From: Microcystis aeruginosa NIES-2549
GTDB lineage: Bacteria > Cyanobacteriota > Cyanobacteriia > Cyanobacteriales > Microcystaceae
DNA length: 32,000 bases
Reading direction: 5' to 3'
Assembly: GCF_000981785.2 (NCBI RefSeq)
Contig: NZ_CP011304.1
Coordinates: forward strand, 390,001-422,000
Made by a program: the position numbers and the translations under genes
Part shown: positions 31,742 through 32,000 of the stretch, in pieces
Layout of the letters: every line of letters starts with the position of its first letter
Position numbering within the stretch: position 1 is the first letter of the stretch
The notes under the pieces: generated by a model
What the model was told of the DNA's origin: nothing
Seen by the model: only the letters and a program-made list of their open reading frames with translations
The model's database searches: none

Positions 31742-32000
31742 ATGAACAAAACACCTCAACCTATCAAACTCGATGAGCGCAACGGGGTCGAAAAGCCCTT
31801 ACTTGACCAACTATACGGTTTAAATTGGGAAATATTGGATTTAGAGACAAAACAAAAACCACAGGATACTTTTAGAGAAAGCTTTACCGAGGTGGTGATG
31901 CTGCCAGTGCTACGAGAACAGCTTACAATCATCAACCCCTGGCTAGAAACCGACCAAATAGAAGAGGCCATCAAACAACTCACCGCCAACTTCCCCAGCA
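31742..32000 (+). CDS. hsdR: Type I restriction enzyme R subunit HsdR, N-terminal 86 codons (runs off the right edge)
   Basis: Not in the ORF track because it is open at the window edge. From ATG 31742 the translation is MNKTPQPIKLDERNGVEKPLLDQLYGLNWEILDLETKQKPQDTFRESFTEVVMLPVLREQLTIINPWL. This is a typical HsdR N-terminal pattern. Confidence 0.7.
   Translation, partial: MNKTPQPIKLDERNGVEKPLLDQLYGLNWEILDLETKQKPQDTFRESFTEVVMLPVLREQLTIINPWLETDQIEEAIKQLTANFPS

Noticed and set aside
31272-31989. Reverse-strand ORFs 31272-31541 (89 aa) and 31756-31989 (77 aa)
   Set aside because: The first spans the hepT 3' end, the 60-aa ORF and the terminator hairpin. The second is antisense to the clearly HsdR-like N-terminus. 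Neither has protein-like features.

Overview
This is a 32-kb cyanobacterial chromosome segment. Supporting signs are frequent HIP1 octamers (GCGATCGC), phased heptanucleotide tracts and several MITE-like elements; by eye it resembles a Microcystis-type genome, which is inference only. About 26 kb is ordinary core genome: lpxD, a Zur-box-controlled PEP-CTERM protein, an ABC ATPase, plsY, tRNA-Glu(UUC), a sensor kinase, an EVE-SPFH gene pair, tRNA-Gly(CCC) with an adjacent RelE/ParE-type TA pair, selO, a CRR7-like gene, menD, a GT-C / Tat-FGE / GT2-GtrA / JAMM envelope-glycosylation-like cluster, a cysteine desulfurase and ndhD. The right-hand ~6 kb (26216 to the end) is the accessory part. It is a type I restriction-modification locus (hsdM, hsdS, hsdR) whose genes are separated by four toxin-antitoxin-type cassettes, of which only MntA/HepT is intact. 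HsdM carries an unusual ~400-aa coiled-coil C-terminal extension. hsdR is separated from hsdMS by a strong hairpin and a MITE. The region is almost free of HIP1. Other items worth a second look are a perfect Zur operator palindrome, a hierarchical 7-bp to 91-bp triplicated repeat carrying promoter-like modules, nested MITEs, and gene remnants (SDR, Phd/Doc). All calls come from reading the sequence and ORF translations; no database search was possible.
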